The notes: generated by a model from the sequence alone, not told the origin. Shown: positions 24,164-35,000, counted from the first letter of the stretch. The stretch is 52,146 bases of DNA from Candidatus Wolfebacteria bacterium RIFCSPLOWO2_01_FULL_45_19 (GCA_001793855.1 MGIR01000005.1:1-52146); one strand, 5' to 3'. A program made the numbers and translations.

Positions 24164-26329
24164 ATGAATTTGATAATAGTAGAGTCTCCGACAAAATCCA
24201 AAACAATTAAAAACTTCCTTGGCAAACAATACAGAGTAGAATCTTCCGTAGGCCATGTGCGCGACCTGCCGAAAAGCAACAGAGAGGCAATCGACATAGA
24301 GGCCGGTTTCGTTCCTCGCTATGAGGTCAGCGAAAACAAGAAAGACATACTCAACGACTTGAAAGACGCCGCGTCAAAAGCGGACGAAATCTATCTTGCC
24401 ACCGACCCGGATCGCGAAGGGGAAGCCATTGCCTGGCACTTATCTAAAGTGCTCGGTTTAAAAAACCCGAAGCGCATTGTTTTTCACGAGATTACCGATG
24501 AAGCCATACAAGAGGCGCTGAAACAGCCTCGGAAAATTGATCAAGAACTTGTAAAAGCGCAGGAGGCGCGCAGAGTTATCGACCGACTGGTGGGTTACGA
24601 CCTTTCCGGCTTGATCTGGAGAAAGATACGCTACGGGCTATCGGCCGGGCGCGTCCAATCGCCGGCGCTCCGAATAATCGTCGAACGCGAACGCGAAATC
24701 CGCGCTTTCAAAAGCGAAACTTACTATGTACTCACCGCCGATGTCTTCGGAAATAATAAAAATATTTTTCGCGTTACCTGCGAAGAAGAGCCGCGTGACA
24801 AAAAAATAGTTGAAGAAATTCTTAAAAACGGCGGGGCCGGCGCGTGGTTCGTCAAAGATATTACGGAAAGCGAAGTCAAGCGAACGCCGCGACCGCCGTT
24901 CACGACTTCCACACTCCAGCAAGCGGCAAGTTCACGTCTCGGTTTTTCACCGTCACGAACAATGAGCATTGCCCAAAAACTGTACGAGCAAGGGTTCATT
25001 ACTTATATGCGCACCGACAGCGTCAATCTGGCCGTTTCCGCGCAAGAACATATCATAAGCTACATAATAAAAACCTACGGCAAAGAGTATGCTGAATCCC
25101 GAATATACAAAACAAAAAGCAAAAACGCTCAAGAAGCGCACGAAGCAGTACGCCCGACTGACGCAAAAAAAGAAAACGCCGGACATACGGAAGAACAAAA
25201 AAACCTGTATCGACTTATAAGAGAACGGACAATCGCATCGCAAATGGCCGACGCCAAACTTTTACGCGCGAAAATCACGGCCACAATTACAGTGAACAAA
25301 TACCCGGACTTCTCCGCTACCGGCTCGCGCGTTATTTTTGACGGCTGGCTTGCTTGCGATACGCGCGCGCGGGGAGAAGACGTAGAACTGCCGAAGGTTG
25401 CTCAAAGCGAAAAGCTAACCCTAAAAGAAATAATGAGCGAAGAAAAACACACGGAACCGCCGCCCCGATACACCGAAGCCGGCCTGGTAAAAGAATTGGA
25501 AAAGCGTGAAATCGGACGGCCGTCCACTTACGCCGCAATAATAAAGACCCTGCACGACCGAAAATACGTGGAGAGGGAAGGCCGCGCGCTCAAACCCACT
25601 GATACAGGTGAAGTCGTTAGCGCGTTCCTAGAAAAAAATTTCATGAACTACATCAGCGACACGTTTACCGCCGAGATGGAAAATGAACTGGATGAAATCG
25701 CGACCGGAAAAAGAGAATACGTTAAAACTCTCCGCGACTTCTACGCGCCGTTCCACAAAGACGTCAAAGCAAAAGAAAAAACGGCGGAAAAAATAACGAA
25801 TCTCGGCGAAGCCGACAAAAAACACAAATGTCCAGTTTGCGGCGGGCTGATGGTCATCAAACTGTCTAGAACGGGGAAATTTTTAAGCTGTAAGAAATTT
25901 CCGGAATGCGCCGGCGCGAGAAAAATAGACGGCTCCATTATGGAAGGGCCCAAGGAAACCGGAGAAACCTGCCCAAAATGCCAAACCGGCAAGCTTGTAG
26001 AACGCGAAGGCCGTTTTGGAAAATTCATCTCCTGCAATAATTATCCCAAATGCAAATTCATTAAAAAAAGCGCCGAAGAAGAAGCCAGAACAAAAACCGG
26101 CGTTGCCTGTCCCAAATGCGGGAATGGCGAAATAGTGGAACGCCGCGGCAGATTCGGGCTATTTTATTCATGTTCCAATTATCCAAAATGCGATTTTGTA
26201 ATGAAGTCCAGGCCGACCGGAAAAATATGCGAACTTTGCAAATCACTGATGATGGAAGGCACAAAAACCATACCCGAAAGATGCTCCAATAAAAATTGCC
26301 CGAACCACAATCCGCACAAAACCAATTAG
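24164..26329 (+). CDS. topA: DNA topoisomerase I with multiple C-terminal zinc ribbons
   Basis: 721 aa. It has a Toprim start (LIIVESPTKSKTI), DPDREGE, the active-site region YITYMRTDS and four Cys4-type repeats (CPVCGG, CPKCQTG, CPKCGNG, CELC). Confidence 0.95.
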   Translation: MNLIIVESPTKSKTIKNFLGKQYRVESSVGHVRDLPKSNREAIDIEAGFVPRYEVSENKKDILNDLKDAASKADEIYLATDPDREGEAIAWHLSKVLGLKNPKRIVFHEITDEAIQEALKQPRKIDQELVKAQEARRVIDRLVGYDLSGLIWRKIRYGLSAGRVQSPALRIIVEREREIRAFKSETYYVLTADVFGNNKNIFRVTCEEEPRDKKIVEEILKNGGAGAWFVKDITESEVKRTPRPPFTTSTLQQAASSRLGFSPSRTMSIAQKLYEQGFITYMRTDSVNLAVSAQEHIISYIIKTYGKEYAESRIYKTKSKNAQEAHEAVRPTDAKKENAGHTEEQKNLYRLIRERTIASQMADAKLLRAKITATITVNKYPDFSATGSRVIFDGWLACDTRARGEDVELPKVAQSEKLTLKEIMSEEKHTEPPPRYTEAGLVKELEKREIGRPSTYAAIIKTLHDRKYVEREGRALKPTDTGEVVSAFLEKNFMNYISDTFTAEMENELDEIATGKREYVKTLRDFYAPFHKDVKAKEKTAEKITNLGEADKKHKCPVCGGLMVIKLSRTGKFLSCKKFPECAGARKIDGSIMEGPKETGETCPKCQTGKLVEREGRFGKFISCNNYPKCKFIKKSAEEEARTKTGVACPKCGNGEIVERRGRFGLFYSCSNYPKCDFVMKSRPTGKICELCKSLMMEGTKTIPERCSNKNCPNHNPHKTN

Positions 26330-26332
26330 AAA

Positions 26333-28024
26333 ATGATTGTCAAAGAGTTCGCAAAAAAAAATCCGGAATCTTTAATAGGCAAGGCGTACCGAGCCGCCAA
26401 AGAGGCCCATGCCGGACAAAAACGCAAAAGCAGCGAACCGTATTTTAACCACTCCATCGCCGCGGCGCAGGCGATTGCCGAATGGAATTTGGATGAGCAA
26501 AGCATCGCCGCGGCGCTCCTTCACGATGTTATTGAGGATACTTCTTATTCTCTTGAAAAAATAAAAGAAAAATTCGGCGAAGAGGTCTCTTTTCTCGTTG
26601 ACGGCGTAACCAAGATCGGAAAAATAAAATACCGCGGAATTGAAGCGAAGGCGGAAAACCTCAGAAAAATGATTCTGGCGCTGAGCCAGGATATCCGCGT
26701 AATTCTTATAAAACTCGCCGACCGACTGCACAATATGCGCACATTGCGGGCCTTGCCGCCGCAAAAACAAAAACGCATCGCCCTTGAAACGCTTGAAATC
26801 TACTCTCCGCTGGCCTACCGGCTCGGAATGCAACACCTCGCCGGAGATCTTGAAGACCTGGCTTTTCCTTATATATATCCGAGGGAATACAAATGGCTGA
26901 TAAAAACCGTGAAGGAAAAATACGATGAGCGCGAAAAGTATTTAAAAAGCGCGGAGCCAATATTGCGAAGCGAGCTTGAAAAAAACGAGGTCTCCGTGAT
27001 CAAAACAGATTATCGCGCGAAAAGATATTACAGCTTGTATAAAAAACTTCTGCGTTACGATATGGACGTTGAAAAGATACACGACTTGGTGGCCTTGCGC
27101 GTTATAGTTCCAGATATAAGCGACTGCTACGCCGCGCTCGGAGTCGTCCACAAACTATGGCCGCCACTGCCGGGACGATTCAAGGATTATATCGCTCTTC
27201 CCAAACCTAACGGCTACCGCAGTTTGCACACCACCGTATTCTGCATTGACGGCAAAATAACTGAAATACAAATCAAAACGCAGGAAATGCACGACGAAGC
27301 CGAAAATGGCATCGCCGCGCATTGGGCTTATGAAGAAAAAAAGGGGCATTCGGATTATCTCGCGAGAAAGTCAATTACCGCCGGCACCAAAGAATTGGCG
27401 TGGGTCCAACAATTAAGAAACTGGCAGCGTGAATTTTCCGACCCGGACGAATTTATGAAGTCGCTTAAAATTGATTTTTTTCAAGACAGAATTTTCGCCA
27501 TCACGCCGCAAGGTTCGGTCATCGACCTACCGGTCGGCTCAACTCCGGTTGATTTCGCTTATCAAATTCACAGCGAAATCGGCGACAGCGCGAGCGGAGC
27601 CAAAGTAAACGGAAAAATAGCGCCGCTTGATTACCAATTAAAATCGGGGGATGTGGTTGAAATTCTTACACAAAAAAATAAAAAGCCATCCGGGTCATGG
27701 CTGAAATCCGTAAAAACCGGCTCCGCGAAAAATCGGATTAAATCCGCTATGCGCCGCGGCATTAAAACAATCATAGGAGAAAAATATTCAAAAACCGAAC
27801 TGCGCGTAATCTGCGACGACAGAATCGGCTTGCTGAAAGACATTATGTCAATTATTTCCCGTTCTCACATAAACATGAACGGAGTTCAAACCGGCAGAAG
27901 CGGGCGCTTCGTCACGATTAAAATAGGATGTGAAATAATCGACAAAACAAAAATAGAAAAACTTATTCTCAAACTCAAAAGAGCAGTGAAAGAAATAAAA
28001 GAAATAAGTTATTCTTTGAAATAA
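26333..28024 (+). CDS. rel: RelA/SpoT-homolog (p)ppGpp synthetase/hydrolase
   Basis: 563 aa with an HD domain (LLHDVIEDT), a synthetase core (NGYRSLHTTV) and TGS and ACT-like C-terminal regions. Confidence 0.85.
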   Translation: MIVKEFAKKNPESLIGKAYRAAKEAHAGQKRKSSEPYFNHSIAAAQAIAEWNLDEQSIAAALLHDVIEDTSYSLEKIKEKFGEEVSFLVDGVTKIGKIKYRGIEAKAENLRKMILALSQDIRVILIKLADRLHNMRTLRALPPQKQKRIALETLEIYSPLAYRLGMQHLAGDLEDLAFPYIYPREYKWLIKTVKEKYDEREKYLKSAEPILRSELEKNEVSVIKTDYRAKRYYSLYKKLLRYDMDVEKIHDLVALRVIVPDISDCYAALGVVHKLWPPLPGRFKDYIALPKPNGYRSLHTTVFCIDGKITEIQIKTQEMHDEAENGIAAHWAYEEKKGHSDYLARKSITAGTKELAWVQQLRNWQREFSDPDEFMKSLKIDFFQDRIFAITPQGSVIDLPVGSTPVDFAYQIHSEIGDSASGAKVNGKIAPLDYQLKSGDVVEILTQKNKKPSGSWLKSVKTGSAKNRIKSAMRRGIKTIIGEKYSKTELRVICDDRIGLLKDIMSIISRSHINMNGVQTGRSGRFVTIKIGCEIIDKTKIEKLILKLKRAVKEIKEISYSLK

Positions 28025-28974
28025 GAACCTCCAAACTTTTCTAAAATTCCCCGAAGCTCCTCGGGAGAGTAAAAAGTTATCGTGATTTTTCCGGTTTCGC
28101 CGCTTCGTTCCACTTTTACCGGCGCTCCGAGAATTTCGCACAGCCGCTCTTGAACCGCTATTAATTCCACGTCAACCTCGGCGGCATTCTGTCCTTTGTT
28201 TTCTGTCCTTCGTTCTTTGCCAACACGCGTCCTCGCTCTCAGCTCGCGAGTCGTCAAATTATTAAAAATAATTTCGTTAAAAAGCTTGATTTGCTCGCCA
28301 ATGTCCGTAACCGACAAAAGAAAACGCGCGTGGCTCTCGTTTAATTTGCTAGCGGCCAAAGCGTCCTGTATTTCGCTCGGCAAACCCAAAAGGCGGACTG
28401 CGTTCGCGACCGATTCGCGGCTCTTGCCTATTCTTGTTCCTATTTCACGCTGGGTCATTCCGAATTCGTCCTGCAATTTGGCGTAAGCACGGGCGGTTTC
28501 AACCGGATTCAAGTCCTGCCTCTGAAGATTTTCAATAATTGCCAGCTCAAGACGCTCGCGGTCGTGCTCAACAGCTCTCACAACAACCGGCACTCTCTCA
28601 AATCCCGCCATTTTGGCCGCGAGCAAACGCCGCTCTCCGGCGATAAGCTGATATTCAACGTTCGCGCCGCTCTCGGTTTCAATTTCTATCTTTGAAACAA
28701 CAAGCGGCTGAATGATGCCCACCTCGCGTATGGAAGATGCCAATTCGCGTAAATTATCGTCATTGAAATATTTTCTAGGCTGATGAGGATTGGATTTAAT
28801 TTTTTCTACTTCAATCTGAAAAACCGCGTCGCTGAGAACATCTCTCCTTTGACGAGCGGGTGGGGGTTGAGAAAATGTCTCGGGGGCCAAACGAACATGG
28901 TTTCCGAGCGCCGAAGGCGTTTCACCTTCTTCGTTCTTATCCGGTATTAATGATTCTAATCCTCGTCCTAACAT
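28009..28974 (-). CDS. parB: Chromosome partitioning protein ParB (Spo0J)
   Basis: 321 aa with MLGRGLESLIP, GIIQPLVV, GERRLLAAKMAG and the HTH MTQREIGTRIGKSRESVANAVRLL. Confidence 0.9.
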   Translation of the reverse strand: MLGRGLESLIPDKNEEGETPSALGNHVRLAPETFSQPPPARQRRDVLSDAVFQIEVEKIKSNPHQPRKYFNDDNLRELASSIREVGIIQPLVVSKIEIETESGANVEYQLIAGERRLLAAKMAGFERVPVVVRAVEHDRERLELAIIENLQRQDLNPVETARAYAKLQDEFGMTQREIGTRIGKSRESVANAVRLLGLPSEIQDALAASKLNESHARFLLSVTDIGEQIKLFNEIIFNNLTTRELRARTRVGKERRTENKGQNAAEVDVELIAVQERLCEILGAPVKVERSGETGKITITFYSPEELRGILEKFGGSYFKE

Positions 28975-28984
28975 TGTAGTTAAT

Positions 28985-29785
28985 TTAAATACGACCTTGG
29001 CTCTCCTGTTCTATAATCTCTCTCGCAAATCTCTCGTATGCTCTTGCCGCCGGAGAATACGGCGCGTACGTAAAAATGGTTTTTGAAAAACTCGGCGCTT
29101 CTGCAAGAGCTACGGCGCGCGGTATTTCGACTTCAAAAACTTTGTGTGGGAAATTCTTCCTTAGATTATTGGCGACTTCGCGCGATAAATGTTCGCGCTT
29201 ATCATACATCGTAATTAAAACACCCGCAATCTTCAAATGATGCCGCAAATTTTTATTAATCATTTCAATTGTCTGAAGCAGTTGGCTTAATCCTTCAAGG
29301 CCGTAATATTCCGCTTGCGCCGGAATAATCACCTCATCCGCCGCGACCAAGCCGTTAATCGTGAGCAAGCTCAAACTCGGGGGCAGGTCAATCAAAATAT
29401 AATCATATTTGTGCCGTATTTTGGTAATATATTTTCTCAAAAAATATTCGCGTTCCGGCTGATTTACGAATTCAATCAACGCCCCGGCCAAATGCTTTCC
29501 CGACGGCACGAAATGATAATTAAAAACGTCGGATTCCTGAATAAATTTTTCGGGCCTGTCCGCCACAGCCGTGGCGTCGGCAGACTCGGCCGCTTCCAGT
29601 ACGGCATGGTAAACAATGGAATGAAAACGCTCTCCCGAAAGAGCGGAGGTGGCGTTTGCCTGCGGGTCAAAGTCCACAAGCAATACCTTTTTGCCCATAG
29701 CCGCGAGATAAACTCCGAGGTTTACCGCGGTGGTAGTTTTTCCAACCCCCCCTTTTTGGTTGCAGATAGCGATTGCGCGTGCCAT
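28985..29785 (-). CDS. parA: ParA/Soj partitioning ATPase
   Basis: 266 aa with the deviant Walker A NQKGGVGKTTT and DFDPQANAT. Confidence 0.9.
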   Translation of the reverse strand: MARAIAICNQKGGVGKTTTAVNLGVYLAAMGKKVLLVDFDPQANATSALSGERFHSIVYHAVLEAAESADATAVADRPEKFIQESDVFNYHFVPSGKHLAGALIEFVNQPEREYFLRKYITKIRHKYDYILIDLPPSLSLLTINGLVAADEVIIPAQAEYYGLEGLSQLLQTIEMINKNLRHHLKIAGVLITMYDKREHLSREVANNLRKNFPHKVFEVEIPRAVALAEAPSFSKTIFTYAPYSPAARAYERFAREIIEQESQGRI

Positions 29786-29791
29786 TACAAG

Positions 29792-29823
29792 TTGATTTTA
29801 CCGCAAATTTTCAGTAAAATCAA
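29792..29823. promoter_or_regulatory. Perfect 10-bp inverted repeat TTGATTTTAC-N12-GTAAAATCAA, 7 nt upstream of the parA start
   Basis: Direct reading, with arms at 29792-29801 and 29814-29823. Confidence 0.5.
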
Positions 29824-29894
29824 TGAAATAAGCGGTCGGGTGGCGCCTGCCGGCGGGCAGGCAGGGAATGGCAGATTTTCCCCGCACTAATTTT

Positions 29895-29977
29895 GCCGCG
29901 GTGGCGGAATGGCAGACGCACAGGACTCAAAATCCTGCGAGGGCAACCTCATGAGAGTTCGACTCTCTCCCGCGGCA
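29895..29977 (+). tRNA. tRNA-Leu (anticodon CAA), long variable arm
   Basis: GCCGCGG-TG-GCGGAATGGCAGACGC-A-CAGGA-CTCAAAA-TCCTG-CGAGGGCAACCTCAT-GAGAG-TTCGACT-CTCTC-CCGCGGC-A. Confidence 0.9.
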
Positions 29978-30016
29978 CTTTTAACAATTTTTGGAAACTG
30001 CGTTAAAATTAAATCA

Positions 30017-30286
30017 GTGAACTCCATTTTTGATTTTTTTTCTTGGCTTGCGATGGCGATTTTGTTGATAACAGCCATACCCCAAATCGTTTTGAATTAT
30101 AAAAGAGGGTCAACGGAGGGGGCGAGCTGGCTGACATTCGGCATGCTTTTTTTCGGCATGACTGTTTTAGCGATTCGCTCTTGGTTTGTGACCACCGACA
30201 TAATCATCCTGCTTAACTACAACCTTGGCGCTGTAATCGTTTTAATCGCCAACATGCAATTTGTTTATTATCGTATCAAAAAATAA
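30017..30286 (+). CDS. PQ-loop / SemiSWEET-like three-TM membrane protein
   Basis: The AIPQIVLNYKRGST PQ motif and three TM segments are present. The start is uncertain (GTG 30017 or ATG 30053). The longer ORF from 29909 overlaps tRNA-Leu. Confidence 0.55.
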   Translation: MNSIFDFFSWLAMAILLITAIPQIVLNYKRGSTEGASWLTFGMLFFGMTVLAIRSWFVTTDIIILLNYNLGAVIVLIANMQFVYYRIKK

Positions 30287-30288
30287 TT

Positions 30289-30528
30289 ATGCCGAAAATA
30301 ACAATTTACACAACGCCAACTTGCGTTTACTGCAAAATGGCAAAAGCGTTTTTTAAAGAAAACAGCGTCGCTTATGACGAAAAAAATGTCGCCTCCGACG
30401 CCAAGGCCCGCGAAGAAATGATAGAAAAATCCGGCCAGCTCGGAGTGCCGGTCATAGATGTAGACGGAGAAATCATAGTCGGCTTTAACAAAGAAAAATT
30501 AAGCGAACTTATCAATCCCACTGGCTAA
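30289..30528 (+). CDS. Glutaredoxin-like protein (NrdH/YruB type)
   Basis: 79 aa with a CVYC redox motif early in the thioredoxin fold and GVPVIDVDGEIIVGF. Confidence 0.8.
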   Translation: MPKITIYTTPTCVYCKMAKAFFKENSVAYDEKNVASDAKAREEMIEKSGQLGVPVIDVDGEIIVGFNKEKLSELINPTG

Positions 30529-30547
30529 TGAATGTTATACTTATTCT

Positions 30548-31513
30548 ATGCCTATGCGCGACACAATCCTAAATTTTTGCGGACAATTTAAATACGAACC
30601 AGAAATTATAAATCCCGACAAGCTCGGACGTTTCAATAAATTTATTATCGCCGGAATGGGCGGTTCTAACCTTGTAGCCGACCTTTTGAAAATTCGCGCT
30701 CCGGAGATTGATATAATCGCCCACAGAAATTATGGTCTGCCCACCGTGCCTGATTTGAGCCAACGCCTTCTCATTGCCAATTCTTATTCCGGCAATACCG
30801 AGGAAACCATTGACTCTCTGAATCACGCGTTTAAAAAATCAGTTCCGGCGACAGTAGTCGCTACCGGAGGAAAATTGATTGAGCTCGCCAAAAAACACGG
30901 GCTTCCTTATATCCAAATGCCCGCAACCGGCATACAGCCGCGTTCCGCGCTCGGCTTCAATATCAAAGCCATAGCTAAACTGATAGGCAGAAATGACTTT
31001 ATTGAAGAACTAAACGAAATTCACAAAATACTGCATCCCGAAGAATACGAAAAACAAGGCAAAACGCTCGCGAAAAAACTGAAAGGATATATACCGGTTA
31101 TTTATTCTTCGGTAGAAAACTCCGGTATCGCTTACAACTGGAAAATAAAATTCAACGAAACCGGGAAAATCCCCGCCTTCTACAACGTTTTCTCGGAACT
31201 TAATCACAATGAGATGACCGGCTTCAACGTTCAAAAATCAACGGCCGGATTATCCAAAAATTTCCATTTTATATTCCTAAAAGACCCTGCTGACCATCCG
31301 AAGATTCAAAAAAGAATGGAAATAACCGCCAAGCTTTATACTGATCGGGAACTGCCGGTTGAAATTTTAGAACTGCGCGGCAAAGGCATTTTCCATAAAA
31401 TTTTTTCTTCGCTGGTTTTAGCCGACTGGACTTCCTACTACACCGCGGAACAATACGGCGTTGAACCTGAACAAGTCCCGATTGTGGAAGAATTCAAAAA
31501 ACTGATAGCTTAA
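30548..31513 (+). CDS. Bifunctional phosphoglucose/phosphomannose isomerase (SIS family, archaeal-type PGI/PMI)
   Basis: 321 aa with GMGGSNLVADLL and ANSYSGNTEET SIS motifs. The size and layout fit the short PGI/PMI family. Confidence 0.75.
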   Translation: MPMRDTILNFCGQFKYEPEIINPDKLGRFNKFIIAGMGGSNLVADLLKIRAPEIDIIAHRNYGLPTVPDLSQRLLIANSYSGNTEETIDSLNHAFKKSVPATVVATGGKLIELAKKHGLPYIQMPATGIQPRSALGFNIKAIAKLIGRNDFIEELNEIHKILHPEEYEKQGKTLAKKLKGYIPVIYSSVENSGIAYNWKIKFNETGKIPAFYNVFSELNHNEMTGFNVQKSTAGLSKNFHFIFLKDPADHPKIQKRMEITAKLYTDRELPVEILELRGKGIFHKIFSSLVLADWTSYYTAEQYGVEPEQVPIVEEFKKLIA

Positions 31514-31518
31514 AATCT

Positions 31519-31553
31519 ACTTACATAATTGAACGATCGCAGAATATGTAAGT
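31519..31553. repeat. 35-bp palindromic repeat, copy A (inverted relative to B and C)
   Basis: The sequence is acttacataattgaacgatcgcagaatatgtaagt. Its reverse complement differs from copy B at 1 position. Confidence 0.9.
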
Positions 31554-31564
31554 GAATTAGCGGT

Positions 31565-32059
31565 TTAGCATGCGTATCTAAAGCGAAACACGACTATCCC
31601 AAACGCCACCGCGACATTCAATGATTCTTTTTTGCCACGCATCGGAATTTCCAAAATCTTGTCCGCGCGGTTCAAAATTGATTTCGGTAATCCATGCACT
31701 TCGTTGCCTAATACTAAACAAAATTTGGAATCTTGAATCTGGAATCTGGAAATTTTATAATATGGAATTGAATTTTTGTCCTGTTCAACGGCAAAAATTT
31801 TGTAGTTGTCCTTTTTTAATTTCTCAATCAATTTCGCAATTCCTTGTGCTGAGCGCGCCGAAGCATCCCATTTCACAAATTTCTCCGCGCCGAGCGAAAC
31901 TTTGGCCAGCTGCGGCCTGATTTTTCCGAACCGGTCCACAGGTGTTGGCGTAATGCCACAAAGATAAATTTTCTCAACACCCGTGGCGTCCGCGGTTCGG
32001 AAAATAGACCCGACGTTATGCAAACTGCGGACGTTGTGAAGAATAACTGTAAGTTTCAT
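31565..32059 (-). CDS. SpoU/TrmH-family RNA 2'-O-methyltransferase
   Basis: 164 aa with NVGSIFRTADA, LVLGNEVHGL and SLNVAVAFGI motifs. Confidence 0.8.
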   Translation of the reverse strand: MKLTVILHNVRSLHNVGSIFRTADATGVEKIYLCGITPTPVDRFGKIRPQLAKVSLGAEKFVKWDASARSAQGIAKLIEKLKKDNYKIFAVEQDKNSIPYYKISRFQIQDSKFCLVLGNEVHGLPKSILNRADKILEIPMRGKKESLNVAVAFGIVVFRFRYAC

Positions 32060-32069
32060 TGAATAAATT

Positions 32070-35000
32070 TTACGGACTCTCTAAAATAATTTCATTAGCC
32101 GTGTCGCGCACCATAAACTTTGCGTTAATAAGCGATGAATCGCTAAACAGTCCGCCTGCGGAATTGGTATCAGTGCCGAAAAATCTGACCTTACCAGAAG
32201 ACTTAATGCTAAAAGTCCATCGATACGTTTTGCCGGCTTCAAGCAAGGGATTAAGCGCATTATCGTAACTAAATGTCAAACTGTCAGCGCATCCACTGCC
32301 GCGATAAGCGTAAACCTCGCTTTCGCCGTCCGCCGGATTGGTTAAATCGTTGTTCGCGATTAATTTCGGCGCAGAACCGTCAACCAGCTCATACAAACCA
32401 AGATAGCAAATATTGGAATTTCTGTTTCTGCTGTTCGTTTGAAAATCAGCGATGGAAACTTGAATTGAAGACAAATTGCCGCTCTTTTGTGGAACAAAAT
32501 CCTGACTGGCGTTATCAAGTTGAGAACTCACGGAATATTGAATAAAATCCGACGGGAAAGACCAGGTTGAAGTGGCCGTGTCGGAAACATTGCCAAAATC
32601 ATCAATAGCGCGCAACCCGATCAAATAGTCGTTGCCCTGCTCTACAATTTTTCCGCCCACTTCTGTCCACGCGTCATCCAAAAATTCAGACGATGCGGAA
32701 TAGTTGGACTGATACCTGATCAACCAATCAAACGTATCCGAGTCGGTTGATTTGTTCCAATTAAAACTCAAATTCGCGGTTAAATCGCCGAACAGAAGCT
32801 CTGTAATTTCCGGCTTTGTAGGTTTTGCTTGCGGAGGAAGTTCTTCCTGAAAAAATATTTTTGTATTATCAACGGCGACCAACGAAAACGCTTGCCTGTT
32901 ACTTGGACCTGAATCTGAAAAATCATAAAAAGACGCCGTCAAATAATCTGCCGGCGACAAACTTTCTCCTTCTGGCAAATTAACATTTAGTCGTATCACC
33001 GGTATTTGCAACTGCCAGGAACTCAAAGCGCTGTTCGTAACGCCGCCCCCATCGCCGCAACCAGAACCAGAATCCGGAAGAATAAGAATTGGGCCAGCCG
33101 AACTCGATCCGCTGCCACAACGCGGATAGCTTACGTTAAGTATTTTATTATCGCCTTCCGGAGGAAACCAGCCCTGCGGATTGTTTATAGATCCAATATT
33201 ATATGCGTCTCTGTTTAGTGAAAAAATGGCTAACTTCCATTTATCCCTTAACTCTCCAAAAATATCCGGCACAAAAGGATAATCACTAAAACGCAATTCA
33301 ATTAAATAATCAGTATCCGATTCGGTGCGCGTATCGGGAAAGAAATAAATCGCATCTAAAAAACTCGGCACATTTATTTGTGCCGAACCCGCTATTTTTT
33401 CCGTTCCTTCTTCATCCACGGCCCGTATTTCAAAATTATAATCCCGGCCAATTTCATAAACCGGATAAACATAGCTTATCTCCGTGGTGGTCGCGACTAA
33501 AACGGAGGGACTGTTGAAAGTGTAAACTGCGTAATAACTGGCGCCTTCGCCGCCAGACGCGTCCCAAGCAAGATTAATTGTCATTGTTTCCGGATTATAG
33601 CTCGCTTCCGTCTCGGGAACGCATGTCGCCTCCTGCGCTTTCGGACTGGGGCAATCGCGCAACTCAAAATCCGCGGAGTTATTATCGATATCTGCAAACA
33701 ATCCCCCGTCCCATTTACGCTGAATGCTCTGCATGGCTCCAGGCTCTTGGGCTGGAATATTTTCAACAAAAACATTCAGGGCATTGCCCCACCCGACGCT
33801 GTCAATAATTTCGCCGGTGTCCGCCGGACCAAAACGCAAAGCAATGCCGTTATCTGACGCCATAGAACCACTCGTCGTAACATCTGGAGACACGGATATG
33901 TCAACGTATCCGCTATTTGCCCAGAGATAATAACCTCCGGCCGAAATAAGCGCGTCGTCGGTCCATGACTTAATTCCAGTATCCGAACTGCCGCTCTGAG
34001 TCCTCTTAACCAGCCTGTATCCTTTTAAATTCACCGCGGAACTATTTGGATTATGTAACTCAATAAAATCATTTGTGGTTTTACCCGGACCGCCGGTTAT
34101 CTGAACTTCGCTTATTAGAATTTTCATGGCTTGTTGCTGTGTACTGGTTGCTTCATTTTGATTTTGTTCGTTATCTTGCTGCTGATTGGAATCGTTGTTT
34201 GTCGGTTGAGAAAGATTAGTTTGCGAACCGCTCCCGCCACCGCTCGGCGGCGTTACGTTGCCTACCGTAATCTGGTCTTTCATTTTTTCAAAAGTCGCGT
34301 CTCCGATGCCGCTCACCTTCTTGATGTCTTCAATATAGTAAAAAAGTCCATTGGCGTTCCTATAGTCAATAATGAGCTGGGCCTTGGCCTGTTTTATTCC
34401 TGTAATTTTTTGAAGCTCCTCCAAGCTCGCGGTGTTTATGTTGATTGGAAACACAACTTCTACTGCCGTCTCCGCCACAGTCGCCTCTTCTATAACATCA
34501 TTTGTGATTTCCTTTACTATTTGCTGAGCCACTTTTTCCGCCGTCGCTTCAACATTCGCGGTTGTCTCGGTCTTCGTTTCTTCTATTGTCCTCTCCACCT
34601 TCGCCGCAAGCTCCTCTTCGCTGATTGTAATTTCTTTAATTGTAACTCCGTTTTCTTCGCCGCTGAACAAATTCTTAACGGCGTCTATCACGCGCGCAAG
34701 AAAAGATTTTCGTTTCTGCTCAGCGAAGCTCGGGTCATTTTTCGCTTTTTCAACTTCCTCAAAGAAAAGATTGATAACACCGGCACCGTGTTGGATGGAC
34801 TTGGCAGAGAGGAGACGCCAATAGTCTTTTAAAACTTCGTCTCCTCCTTCTTTGGTGCCCTCTATCAAAATTTTTGAACTAACGATATGACTAAAAGCGC
34901 TGGGTTCTTGAAGGGCTAATTTATATTCTCCAAAATTTTTATCTATCCTGATAGCAAATTCATATTTGCCATCTAATACAAAGTATTCTGGGTCTGGTGA

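Noticed and set aside
28009-29894. A canonical parS site (TGTTNCACGTGAAACA) was sought near parAB.
   Set aside because: I could not find a convincing match by eye in or around parAB. This is an eye scan, so 2-3-mismatch sites elsewhere in the window cannot be excluded.
29909-30016. The N-terminal part of the 125-aa ORF overlaps tRNA-Leu.
   Set aside because: It overlaps a well-folded tRNA gene. The PQ-loop protein needs only the last 78-90 codons, so the start was moved to GTG 30017 or ATG 30053.
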